Below are positions 46,806 to 56,189 of a stretch of DNA of 64,000 bases, piece after piece. Each line of letters opens with the position of its first letter. Positions within the stretch are counted from its first letter, which is position 1. The position numbers and the translations under genes are program-made. The DNA comes from a virus, in IMG/VR virus record IMGVR_UViG_3300032323_003835, positions 32,001-96,000 of that record; one strand, 5' to 3'. Below the pieces are notes generated by a model that worked only from the letters and a program-made list of their open reading frames with translations, ran no database searches and was not told the DNA's origin.

Positions 46806-47309
46806 CTACTGACGTGGAGGAAATATCCCTTGAGTGGCAATAATAAAGTAAACGCCTAGATAAGGAGGTTGGGTACTTAGAGGCTGGGAAGGGCCTTGAC
46901 CAAACAGGGGAGTTCTAACTCCTACTCCCGTAGTGCTCTGAGCCGCACTTAGAGTTCCATTAGGAACATAAGGAAGATTATTAGGAGAGATCACAACAGA
47001 CGCTGAGCCTCCTTTTTGTCCAGCTCTAATATCAGGCACTCCAGCAACTCCCTGTGATGGGTGAATGGGTAAACGACCACGGAGATCTGGTAAAGCGAAG
47101 GTGCTGATTCCATCTCCGCCATACGTGGTACCCAATAAGACGAAGAGAGCTTGGTTCTGTGCGACAGACAGAAGTTGACCATTACACATCTCCCAGCCTT
47201 GAGGAGCAAAGTTAAAGCCTACCATACGGATCTCTCCGATGTAAGGATCCTGTGCCTGGGCAGAGAATGCCACGAAGGCAAAGCAAATGATTAGTAAGAA
47301 CTTTTTCAT
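46806..47309 (-). CDS. Tail-collar-domain (MdpB-like) protein with signal peptide
   Basis: YIGEIR..GFNFAP.GW..CNGQLL, LGTTYGGDG..TFALPDLRGR, PYL...FIIA..GIFP.R. Confidence 0.85.
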   Translation of the reverse strand: MKKFLLIICFAFVAFSAQAQDPYIGEIRMVGFNFAPQGWEMCNGQLLSVAQNQALFVLLGTTYGGDGISTFALPDLRGRLPIHPSQGVAGVPDIRAGQKGGSASVVISPNNLPYVPNGTLSAAQSTTGVGVRTPLFGQGPSQPLSTQPPYLGVYFIIATQGIFPPRQ

Positions 47310-47383
47310 GAATTTAAGTTATATTACCCATTATAGCACGGAGATCCAAGAAAGGTTCAGAACACGCGGTTAGGAACATCGGG

Positions 47384-47634
47384 TCAGACCTCTATAGACT
47401 GCCAGCATCCCTGCATGCGCCAAACCACCTCGTCATGCATAGTATCCCAGACAGTGGGCATGTATCCACGCTCCAGTTGTTCAACAGTGTAGCGCTCCTC
47501 TAGATGCCGAATGATGTTAATCAGGTGATCGTCCTTAAGATCCTTAATGAGAGTGTCCTCGATGGGACCTTTACCTAGGATCCCATAGGAACGCCAAGTC
47601 TTTCTCTCTGATAATAGAATGCTCTGTGTGCATG
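47384..47634 (-). CDS. Hypothetical protein (start uncertain)
   Basis: W.SYG..G.GP...IKDL.DDHL.NII segment of the 47384-47686 ORF. Confidence 0.45.
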
Positions 47635-47699
47635 GTTTAAAAATAAGGAAGAATACCGAGATAGAAAAATGTGGGATCCAAACCAACCAGCCCGGAAGA

Positions 47700-48600
47700 A
47701 TCTATTTTAAAATATCCGAATGGATAGGCCAGTCAGTGTGCGTACGCGCATTGGTAGACACTTACTACGTGCGCGGGTCCGTATCTAAATTATAATAACA
47801 AGCCGTACTTATACTATAATATGTCGTCATGAATATGACGCCCCGGTCATGTGCGTACGCGCATAGGTAGGGTCAGGTCTCCTGCAAAAGAAAAACGGAA
47901 AGGAAGAAGGGACCCCCTGCGGAAACCCTAGTTCTATATTTTAAAGTATCATCTCAAGAACTATATCTTTAAAAAACATTAAAAATGAGCATATACGGCC
48001 CCCCTTTTTTACCCCCCTAAAAGCCCCACTTTTACCCCCCTATTTTAGGGCCCTTTTTAGGCCCCGTTCCCCCCAGGCTCCCCTAGGGCTAAATAATGGG
48101 CCTTTTTGGTGGGCCCGCCCCGGGGATCTAATAGGGGTTTTTCACATCCTTTTTTAGGTGTGAGTCCTCCCCTTACTATAGAAAGGATTTACAAGCCGGT
48201 GGGGGCACCCCGAATTGGAATTCTAGGAATTTCCCTTTTTCCTACTTTTTCCGCGGGGGCACCCCGAACTGATATAAATAGGAATTCCCTGTTTTTTAAA
48301 CTTCATGCTTTTTTGAGTGAGCCCGCCCTCGGTGTAAGATAAACTCAAATTTCCAACTGTATGGTTTTTGAGTGAGGGCGCCTACTATAGTAATTACCTA
48401 TTTTTCCCTTTTTCCATTTTCCCCGTGGGGGCACCCCGATTTGAAAAACCACAAAAATGGGTTTATTTGGTTTTTTTGGAAACTTAAGGTTTTCCATGTG
48501 GAGGTGCCCTCTCCACGATAGCCTATAAGTTTGATTCTAAACCTTACCCCATAAAAAAACCTTCCAATTTCTTGGAAGGCTTCTCGTTAACTCAACACTT
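47700..48600. other. GC-rich non-coding repeat region
   Basis: No credible ORF; 15-bp direct repeat tgtgcgtacgcgcat, homopolymer C/G/T runs, clustered GGGCRCCC motifs. Confidence 0.7.
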
Positions 48601-48618
48601 ATTAACTAACCACAAACA

Positions 48619-48786
48619 CTATTTTCTTTCTATTCTTTTTCTGGCTCTTTCTTTCGGTCTGGGATGGGTATTGATTTTACCACATGAGCAAACACTTGAT
48701 TTATATTCCTCGTTCCGTTTGAACATGATTGTGTAACCATGCCTACATGCGGAGCAGATAACGTACTTGTCTCTTAGTCCTGTCAT
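48619..48786 (-). CDS. Small Zn-ribbon-like protein (55 aa, not in ORF track)
   Basis: CSAC...CSCG, overlaps upstream stop, followed by terminator near 48551-48581. Confidence 0.5.
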   Translation of the reverse strand: MTGLRDKYVICSACRHGYTIMFKRNEEYKSSVCSCGKINTHPRPKERARKRIERK

Positions 48787-49028
48787 CTTAGAGATTTTTC
48801 TCCTTTAACCCAATCCTCCATTGTCTTATAACTCCAGTAGGTTGTTTCTCCATCTCTTGATCTTTCGCTGTAGAAATTTTCAAATATGTATTCCCACACT
48901 TTCTTATATGAGGAGGCTTTAAATTCCCAGAGGAAGTAAGCCGTGCCTATGAGTAGGAAGGCTAATAACTTCCATACTAGATAAGCATAACCGAGGATGT
49001 ATTTTAATACTTCAAAAATCCATTTCAT
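48783..49028 (-). CDS. Small membrane protein
   Basis: Hydrophobic N-terminus; own promoter-like motif. Confidence 0.6.
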   Translation of the reverse strand: MKWIFEVLKYILGYAYLVWKLLAFLLIGTAYFLWEFKASSYKKVWEYIFENFYSERSRDGETTYWSYKTMEDWVKGEKSLR

Positions 49029-49073
49029 GTCCTTGTGTTTTATAAGGTAAATGTAAGTCTTTTCCTCGTGTAA

Positions 49074-49277
49074 TTAAAACGTCTGAGGACCGTTTTTTCT
49101 ACGGAAGGGTTTGAATCCGTTGGCTTCAATTGCTATCTTAATACAACCCCATGCCACAATGGCTAGGCTTCCTACAGCCATCGATAGGGTTGGGTGTTCT
49201 AGATATAACACGTAACAGAAAATTAAAGTGGCTGCAAGGTAAAGTACCGATCCGATAATAAAAGTTGTTTTTGTCAT
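49074..49277 (-). CDS. Small two-TM protein
   Basis: Two hydrophobic segments; own promoter. Confidence 0.6.
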   Translation of the reverse strand: MTKTTFIIGSVLYLAATLIFCYVLYLEHPTLSMAVGSLAIVAWGCIKIAIEANGFKPFRRKNGPQTF

Positions 49278-49353
49278 AGTGGGGTTATTTGATTATGAAG
49301 CTAAATTAAATAAAACCCGCGGAAGTAAAAAATGTTTCCGCGGGTTGGTGTGA

Positions 49354-49518
49354 TTAACCTCCTTTAAGAATAAGTTCTATTCTAGCAGGGATTACCTTTT
49401 CTGCATTACATTCGTCGCAGCACTCTTCATCCTCCTCACCTAGATTTCCTAGCGGTTCTGGGTTGTTCCCGAATCCTTCTACTTCCTTGTCGCAAAGACA
49501 GCATTTAAACTTTTCCAT
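49354..49518 (-). CDS. Small Zn-finger protein (start revised)
   Basis: MEKFKCCLC..GFGNNPEP...CCDECN..VIPAR; promoter directly upstream. Confidence 0.7.
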   Translation of the reverse strand: MEKFKCCLCDKEVEGFGNNPEPLGNLGEEDEECCDECNAEKVIPARIELILKGG

Positions 49519-49700
49519 GTGTGTGTTTTTAAGTGTGAGGTAAAAGTATGAATAATCCGCGAAAGAAAAAAATGTGCATGGAAAGAATTCCAAGAATTCC
49601 AGTGAGGGCGCCTTTACAAGGATAATCCAAAAAATCCAAACTTTGGTTTTTTCCGTGGGGGTGCTCTCACGCGGTTTAGCTAAGATTTAGCTTTCACTTG

Positions 49701-49735
49701 CCACAAAAAAAACCTTGGAAAATTCCAAGGTTTTT
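49701..49735 (-). terminator. Intrinsic terminator (representative of about 14 in 48.5-62.2 kb)
   Basis: ccacaaaaaaaaccttggaaaattccaaggttttt: hairpin plus U-tract plus GUGG on minus strand. Confidence 0.8.
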
Positions 49736-49757
49736 AAAAAGCATGTAATACTAGTTA

Positions 49758-50150
49758 TTACATTTTCCAAATACTATCTAATAAAGCTTCTTTAAAATCT
49801 TTATAGGTTTCTATATTTACACGCATTTGCATAAATTCATATTCATGATTATCAAAATCTGCAACAACTAATCTATAGTATTTTTCTTCAGGTGTTAACA
49901 GGTATGCACAAGGACAATTTTGATAATACACAATTGCTAGTACACACATAGGTTGTACATTTTCAAAATTATCAAGGTTTTCTGCATAACCTGATTTTTT
50001 CCATTTTTCACTTTCACTAGGATTTTCCCAAATTAGCATTAAATATTCGCTATCAGAATCATCAATTGATAATTTGTAATCTTTCATTTTAGAATCTTTT
50101 GCTAGTGATTCAAGCATTTTTTCTGTGAAATCTTTTAATAGTGCTTTCAT
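49758..50150 (-). CDS. Hypothetical protein (cassette gene)
   Basis: Flanked by promoter and terminator. Confidence 0.7.
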   Translation of the reverse strand: MKALLKDFTEKMLESLAKDSKMKDYKLSIDDSDSEYLMLIWENPSESEKWKKSGYAENLDNFENVQPMCVLAIVYYQNCPCAYLLTPEEKYYRLVVADFDNHEYEFMQMRVNIETYKDFKEALLDSIWKM

Positions 50151-50390
50151 GTGTTTGTGTGTTTAAGTACATATAAATATAAGCATTTTCCCCGAAAATT
50201 AAAAATGCCCCGTAAAATAAATTCAAGCTATACACTTACCCGTGAGGGCGCCTTTACGATGATAATCCAAAAAATCCAAATTTTGGTTTTTTCTCCGAGG
50301 GTGCCCTCACTAACAGTTAATGGAATTTTTCAAGAAAGCTATCCCCACAAAAAAAGTCCCTAAGGACTTTTTTAAATCTGTGAGTTTGGA

Positions 50391-50567
50391 TTAAACCCTT
50401 ACCTTCCTTAGTTTTGAAACTGCTGCTTTTAAAAAGGTAAAGATTATGTAAACAACTGTTCCGTAAAACAGAGCTACACATAAACCCCAAAATGAAAATG
50501 CTGCTTTTTCTACTCCATCTAAAGATTGGAATAAGTTTAATGCTTCGGTGAATTTTTCTGATAACAT
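50391..50567 (-). CDS. Small membrane protein (58 aa, not in ORF track)
   Basis: AAACACGACATG leader, promoter 50598-50631, terminator 50345-50372. Confidence 0.65.
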   Translation of the reverse strand: MLSEKFTEALNLFQSLDGVEKAAFSFWGLCVALFYGTVVYIIFTFLKAAVSKLRKVRV

Positions 50568-50597
50568 GTCGTGTTTTTTTAGTGATTAATTACAAGG

Positions 50598-50631
50598 CAA
50601 ATATAGGATATTTCCCCGAAATAAAAAAATG
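50598..50631 (-). promoter_or_regulatory. Early promoter CATTTTT-N6-CG-N11-TATATTTG (representative)
   Basis: Bacteroidota -7 element TAnnTTTG; same spacing at 53197, 54144, 55055, 56119, 56872, 58730. Confidence 0.8.
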
Positions 50632-50786
50632 TATTTGAGGTTAATTATACAAAATACCTCATTTCGGGGTGCCCTCTCCGATTGATGTGTTTTTGATGTA
50701 TTTGCGTAACTCATTAGTTATTAACATGTTAACTCAGTTGGGGGCGGACTCACTAGAGTTACGCATAGGGAAGATTAGGGAAAATA

Positions 50787-50820
50787 CCCCTTCGCGAGCG
50801 CGGGGTCCTCTCCCCCTCCC
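50787..50820. repeat. 34-bp exact repeat with 52353-52386; CG-rich motif B
   Basis: ccccttcgcgagcgcggggtcctctccccctccc; variants cgtacgcgtgcggggtcc at 54262, 56160, 61323. Confidence 0.85.
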
Positions 50821-50877
50821 CTCCACAAAAAAAAGTCTGAGATTGCTCTCAGACTCTTTGTTTCCTCTTTCTTTTGC

Positions 50878-51096
50878 TTAGAAGTACTTTCTTCTTACAT
50901 GCTTTGGTGTTCCTGGAGGTCCTATGGATTCTCCCCCTGCATCTAGAAACATAAACCCTTTATATGAATCGCTTCGCATTAGAACATGCTCCAGTACACA
51001 AATCATGCCTTGCTTTTCATCTAAGGTGTTTCCATCGTTAGCGAGTTGCTCATTAACGAATGCCTTTATCCTTTCTATCTCAAAAGTCTTTCTCAT
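50878..51096 (-). CDS. Hypothetical protein
   Basis: LEHVL....YKGF.FL..RRKYF; followed by terminator. Confidence 0.65.
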   Translation of the reverse strand: MRKTFEIERIKAFVNEQLANDGNTLDEKQGMICVLEHVLMRSDSYKGFMFLDAGGESIGPPGTPKHVRRKYF

Positions 51097-51098
51097 GC

Positions 51099-51275
51099 CT
51101 AATCTTTTAAAGCCATTTGTTTAGCTACTAGAACCTTAGCGTAATGTTCCCAGTTAATGTTATCTGTTTGTAAACCTTCTTGTTCCATCTTACATCTTCG
51201 AATTTGTACCAGAAGAGGAAGATTGATAACTGAATCTCTTGTAATGTAATTGAGAATGTTTTCGAATTGAATCAT
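51099..51275 (-). CDS. Hypothetical protein (start revised)
   Basis: ATG directly after promoter motif. Confidence 0.55.
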   Translation of the reverse strand: MIQFENILNYITRDSVINLPLLVQIRRCKMEQEGLQTDNINWEHYAKVLVAKQMALKD

Positions 51276-51429
51276 GACGTTGTGTATTAGTATGAGGCTA
51301 ATGTAAACCATTTCCGCGACAAATAAAAATGTGGAAGGAAAGAATCCCAAACACGGATCCACCGTGGTGAGGGCACGCCCACAAAAAACCTCCGGTTGGA
51401 GGTTTCTTTTCTTTTTATGTTCCTATGAC

Positions 51430-51795
51430 TTAGTAGTATTTCTCCTGGCTCATTCTACGAAGAGCATTATAAAGTAATACTGCTTCTTCCTCTATATTAT
51501 GTAAGTCTAATACATTACCTCTGTACATAATCTCTGGTGCATTCTTATCAACTGTTACGGATGTGTTAAGAACGCTAGCTACTATTACACCAGGTTTAAT
51601 TTCTCTTACGTTACTTACATAACCATACATATCTGAGCTACCAATAGCTTTATGAATGGAACGTAGTGACTTGCGATCTTCCTCGTTTTCATATCCCATT
51701 GCGTGTTTAGCTCCCTTTGCTAATCTAGAAAACAAGCCTTCAGGCTTTCTCATTGGACCTTCTTGGAAGTTTTCATATATCTGAAGATGTTTCAT
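51430..51795 (-). CDS. Protein with MKHLQIYE leader
   Basis: N-terminal motif; GATATATA at 51814-51821. Confidence 0.7.
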   Translation of the reverse strand: MKHLQIYENFQEGPMRKPEGLFSRLAKGAKHAMGYENEEDRKSLRSIHKAIGSSDMYGYVSNVREIKPGVIVASVLNTSVTVDKNAPEIMYRGNVLDLHNIEEEAVLLYNALRRMSQEKYY

Positions 51796-52002
51796 GCTCC
51801 TATTGTTTTCATTTATATATCCAAACCAACATCCGCAAACCGGGTGAGGGCGCCTTTCCGAGGATAATCCGAAAATTCCATTTTTTCTCCTTCTTCCGTC
51901 GAGGCGTCCTCACCCCGCTTAGCTAAGGTTAAGCTGAAGTAATCCCACAAAAAAACTCAGGACAAAGTCCTGAGTCTTTAATAGTTTAAACTTTAACCCA
52001 AT

Positions 52003-52293
52003 CTAACTATAATATGGATATACTCCCTCACAAAGATTAAGATATGAATCTATAAAGAAACCATACCCTGCATCTTTTAATGCTTTACTTACATTATGAC
52101 AGATATGACCTCTCGGTTCAGTGTCATGCACTTCAGGGTAAATGAGACCGATGAGGGTTTGTCCCTGCTCTATCTCTCCCAGTATTTCTTCTCTTGTGAC
52201 CCTAACGTTTGAATGAATCTTTTTGCAGATTCGATTAACTAGTGTTTCGCATGCCTTATCTCCGGCTGCTGAGTACATTTCATAACTTTTCAT
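52003..52293 (-). CDS. Hypothetical protein (start revised)
   Basis: MKSYEMYS..GD...EVHDTEPR; promoter upstream. Confidence 0.65.
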   Translation of the reverse strand: MKSYEMYSAAGDKACETLVNRICKKIHSNVRVTREEILGEIEQGQTLIGLIYPEVHDTEPRGHICHNVSKALKDAGYGFFIDSYLNLCEGVYPYYS

Positions 52294-52752
52294 ATGTGTG
52301 GTTTTAGAATACAAATATAACATGGACGTGCGGGGAATAAAAATGCAAAAACCCCCTTCGCGAGCGCGGGGTCCTCTCCCCCTCCCCTCTGTGTGTATTC
52401 TATCGGGAATGAGAATCAAAACATTATTATCGAGGTGAGGGCACCCTCGGATGATTTCCAAATCCGATCAAAAGGTTATATCTCTATGTGGTTGCGCCCT
52501 CACCTCGATTACGCTAGCGTAAAGTGCTTTCCACCGCGCACAAAAATGGCCTGAGATAAAATCCCAGGCCATTCTCGATTAGTTTAATCTATTGATGTTG
52601 GAGATAACTATTTCGCCAACTTCATTCTTTAGGGTTTCCCAATCCTCTGGGGCTAGTGCATCCTCGATGCCTATTCCTTCCAACAGACTTATTAGGTCTT
52701 CCTGCATTTGTTCTTTTAATTCTTGGATACTCATACATTTTTATTGAAGATT

Positions 52753-53157
52753 CTAAAATGAGCTTGCTAGTTGTGACCAAGTCTGGGCTTTGTGAATCGG
52801 TCCATTCCAAAGATTCATTTGACCCCAAACCTCTGCCAGTCCTGTGTGTCCACACTTAGGTGTAACAGTGAAAACATTGTCACCAGTTTCTAAAGAGGCA
52901 ATACGAAAATCATCGTATAATGGTCCGTTCATTGGACAGTTGTTCTTGAACCAAACATAATGTCTGTCTAGATCTATTCCTTTGGCTTTAGCAAATTTAA
53001 TAACCTTGGGCATTAGATTCATTGCTTTGCCTTCTAAGGCTTTTTCTGAACAGAACCAATCGTAAAATCCCCAGCAATGTTCGTAATCGCCAACGATTCT
53101 TTTTTCTAATTCAAATGCTTCGATTTGTTCTCTGAGTGTTACTTGAAAGTTTACCAT
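52753..53157 (-). CDS. Hypothetical protein
   Basis: GFYDWFC...YVWFKNNCP..GPLYDDFR; promoter 53197-53230. Confidence 0.75.
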   Translation of the reverse strand: MVNFQVTLREQIEAFELEKRIVGDYEHCWGFYDWFCSEKALEGKAMNLMPKVIKFAKAKGIDLDRHYVWFKNNCPMNGPLYDDFRIASLETGDNVFTVTPKCGHTGLAEVWGQMNLWNGPIHKAQTWSQLASSF

Positions 53158-53435
53158 TTTTTTAATTTTTTAAGGTTTGTGGATTTAAGTACAAGGCAAA
53201 TATATGAATAATCCCCGAAAGAAAAAAATGTTTCGGAAAAATGTTTCAAATCTCTTGGAATGTTTCGGATTCAAGACGGGGTGAGGGCACCTCCTCGGAT
53301 AAAACCCCAAAAAAGGAAAAACTTGGTCTTTTCCGTCGGGGCGCCCTCCAATGATTTTTGGGACGACCCCTAATTTGGATGCCACAAAAAAACCAAACGC
53401 ACGGTTTGGTTTTTTGAATGAGAGTTATGGAGAAG

Positions 53436-53717
53436 TTACATAGACCAAGCTGGATTAGCAACTATTAAAATTCCGTTTTCTATTCTTGGAATCTCTTTGG
53501 TTGAATAAGCATCATCATATTGGATTTGATTCGGATAAAATTTTTGTCCTTTGAATACCACATAGTTTTCATCAGAATCATCCTTGCCCATATGACTATG
53601 TCCCTGACCTCTTAATGAGTCATGAGCTGCATCTTTTACCGTGGGTTTACCGAATATGCTATTCCAAAAGCTTTCGTTAACTTCTGATTGTTCTCCGTAC
53701 TTTTTAAGGTGTTTCAT
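53436..53717 (-). CDS. Protein with MKHLKKY..NE leader (start revised)
   Basis: Internal MKHL start; GATATATA at 53739-53746 plus early promoter near 53751. Confidence 0.65.
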   Translation of the reverse strand: MKHLKKYGEQSEVNESFWNSIFGKPTVKDAAHDSLRGQGHSHMGKDDSDENYVVFKGQKFYPNQIQYDDAYSTKEIPRIENGILIVANPAWSM

Positions 53718-53935
53718 TATCTGAGTTATTTTGTGATTTATATATCTTTCCAAATATAGGTAACCTGGGCGAAATATAAAAATGCCCCGTGGAAAATCAT
53801 GAAGCGATCGGTTAAGCGATTGCTAAGCGGCGTGAGGGCGCCCACTCTCTGTGTTACATCTGTTCCCTTCCAAAGGCCACAAAAAAAAATCTAGACGAAT
53901 TTGTCTAGATTTTGAATTTTAAAATGAAGATGAGA

Positions 53936-54118
53936 TTAACCCAGGATTAGTATTCCTCTTTCTTGTATACCTGATTTTATTTCATCAGTTAACAGAGTAG
54001 AACCAACAGAAGTGAAAATAAATGTGGGTCCTTGAAGAGAAACGAGGTAATGTTCCTGATTAAATATCCCTCTTTCTTCTAGAAATTTGATTCCTGCATC
54101 AATAATTTTCCTTTTCAT
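53936..54118 (-). CDS. Small hypothetical cassette protein
   Basis: Promoter 54144-54177, terminator near 53877-53913. Confidence 0.6.
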   Translation of the reverse strand: MKRKIIDAGIKFLEERGIFNQEHYLVSLQGPTFIFTSVGSTLLTDEIKSGIQERGILILG

Positions 54119-54308
54119 ATTATATGTGTGTTTAAATACAAGGCAAATATAGAATAAATCCTCGGGATAAAAAAATGTATGAATTCGGACATCTACGGAT
54201 CATTATCGGGGTGTGGGTGCCCTCACCATCTCTTTCTGACTTATATCTTTCGATTTTCCATCGTACGCGTGCGGGGTCCTTCCCCTAGCCCCCTACGGGA
54301 TAAAAGGA

Positions 54309-54494
54309 TTAATCAGGTTCTCCTTCATAGTAAACCTTGTTATCTGCTCCACACTTGTGACAAACATAAAGGTCTTCCTCTGATGACTCGGTGGAATTCC
54401 AGTTCCAGCCACATTTATTGCATTCTATTTGGGTAGGAGCCTCATAAGGTTCAACTTCAATCCCAAAGTTCTCGTAGATCTGTAGGTGTTTCAT
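54309..54494 (-). CDS. Small Zn-ribbon protein with MKHLQIYE leader (start revised)
   Basis: CNKCGW.W...YVCHKCG. Confidence 0.7.
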   Translation of the reverse strand: MKHLQIYENFGIEVEPYEAPTQIECNKCGWNWNSTESSEEDLYVCHKCGADNKVYYEGEPD

Positions 54495-54745
54495 AATTCT
54501 ATGTATCCCAAATTCGATTCTAAGCATCGTGAGGGCACCGTGCCCTCACGGAGCCGTTTAACATTTTGTTTAATCTTTTAAACAGAAGGCCCGAACAATA
54601 CTCTAACAATATAAATTCATTCTCTGCGTGAGGGCGCCCACTCGCTGTGTTACGTCGTCCCTCGCTAGAGTTTTACCCACAAAAAAACCCAGACCTAAGT
54701 CTGGGCTTTTAAATCTGTTTGGGATTTAGAAGTGTTTAAGCAATT

Positions 54746-55030
54746 CTAGAATAGCCTGAGTTGATGAAGATTGGTTGTGAGCCCAATGTGCCATTCAATT
54801 TCCTCGTCCATGGAAAGTTTGCGGTATTCTTTCCAATCATAAATTGTGAAAACGATTCCTTCTCCAAGTTCCAGTTCCCATTCCATGTTTACTTTACCTT
54901 CTCCATCATTGTTAGAATAGGAAGGAGGTCCAAAGGTATCAATCAATTGCTGTGGAGATGCACTGAAAACATCGTCATAGAATGAAGTACCGTTAATCGT
55001 TTTTTCTTCTGATAATTTTTTAATGTTCAT
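54746..55030 (-). CDS. Hypothetical protein (possible 3' frameshift)
   Basis: FG.P...GKVNMEW.L...FTIYDWK...EWHIG. Confidence 0.7.
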   Translation of the reverse strand: MNIKKLSEEKTINGTSFYDDVFSASPQQLIDTFGPPSYSNNDGEGKVNMEWELELGEGIVFTIYDWKEYRKLSMDEEIEWHIGLTTNLHQLRLF

Positions 55031-55245
55031 GTGAGTGTGTGTTTAAGTATAAAGCAAATATAAGAAAAAGAGGCGTAATAAAAAAATGCCTCGAAAATAA
55101 ATTTGAAAGTTAGTGTCACAAAAAACACGCTAACATCGGTGAGGGTGCCCCGACTGGTTTTAGCATGGCGTTTACATCTTTGGGTTTGACCCATAAAAAA
55201 AAGTCCTAGAAAATCTAGGACTTTTTGGTTTAATAGGTTTTCTTA

Positions 55246-55515
55246 TTATCCAAAAACCAATTGGCCAACTTGAATACTTCTCCAAGCGAACTTTTCCAAA
55301 TCATAGAATGGAAGAATTTTGGGAGAAGCCTCGTTTCCAGATTTAGGTTGTTGGTCTGCTGGAATATTAGACATGTCTAAAGTTCCATAGGCTAATCTTA
55401 ACGAACCATCTTTTTTTCGGAATGCGAAATTAACTGGTCCTGATTTTAATCTTTGTCTTAGGTCTTCAATTGATGATTCAGGAATTGAAGGACCGGGTGT
55501 CGTGTTTGTTAACAT
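55246..55515 (-). CDS. WYL_2 / SH3-like beta-barrel protein
   Basis: L..G.V.F.FRKKDGSLR.A.GTL...FYDLEK.AWRS. Confidence 0.8.
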   Translation of the reverse strand: MLTNTTPGPSIPESSIEDLRQRLKSGPVNFAFRKKDGSLRLAYGTLDMSNIPADQQPKSGNEASPKILPFYDLEKFAWRSIQVGQLVFG

Positions 55516-55821
55516 GGTTATTTGTTTTTAAGTACGAGGTAAAATTAATAATAAACCTCGAAATAAAAAAATGTTTGGAATAATTTTTTTTCCACCCAAA
55601 ACCTAGCTATGTTCACCTCGTGGACCGGCGTGAGGGCACCCTCGGATGATGTCTTTCGATTCCTCCTCCCGAATTTCGGCTGGAGGACCGATGTATCCGA
55701 TTACGAGGGCGCCCCGACTCAACACTACGTGCAGATGTTTGGAAGAGTAAGTCCACAAAAAAACCTAGAACTTTTGGTTCCAGGTTTGGCTGTGTTTTAC
55801 TTCCAGGTTTGGCAGATTTCC

Positions 55822-56103
55822 CTATTCAATCACTGCTGATATACCAGCATCAGTTAGGGCTTCTTTCATGGGTTGTAATTTGGTTTTACTTCCTGATTTA
55901 ACTTGGCATTTACCTTTCGTATGAATCAATAAAGCGCACTGTTCTGCTTGTTCTGGTGTATGCTTAAGATAATTACATAGACAAGTTATGACCCAGTCAA
56001 ACGTGTTAAAATCATCGTTATACACGATTAATTTGGATTCAATGAAGTCTTCTACTGAGACATCTGATAATTCTACTTCATCTAATTGAGTTGACATATA
56101 CAT
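55822..56103 (-). CDS. clpS: ATP-dependent Clp protease adaptor ClpS (start revised)
   Basis: LIVYNDDFNTFDWVI..L...EQAEQCALLIHTKGK..VK.G. Confidence 0.9.
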   Translation of the reverse strand: MYMSTQLDEVELSDVSVEDFIESKLIVYNDDFNTFDWVITCLCNYLKHTPEQAEQCALLIHTKGKCQVKSGSKTKLQPMKEALTDAGISAVIE

Positions 56104-56189
56104 ATTTATTTGAGAAAGCAAATATAGGATTATATCGCGGAAAATTAAAATGTTTCCCTCGTACGCGTGCGGGGTCCTCCCACCATCCC

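Noticed and set aside
48106-48342. ORF 48106-48342 and other short ORFs spanning spacer repeats (50151, 50669, 53185, 55609, 61257)
   Set aside because: Made of repeat/promoter DNA, lack the leader and promoter context of real cassette genes
47700-48600. tRNA or rRNA genes in GC-rich intergenic DNA
   Set aside because: No cloverleaf or T-loop/CCA pattern recognised; a tRNAscan-SE/ARAGORN run would confirm
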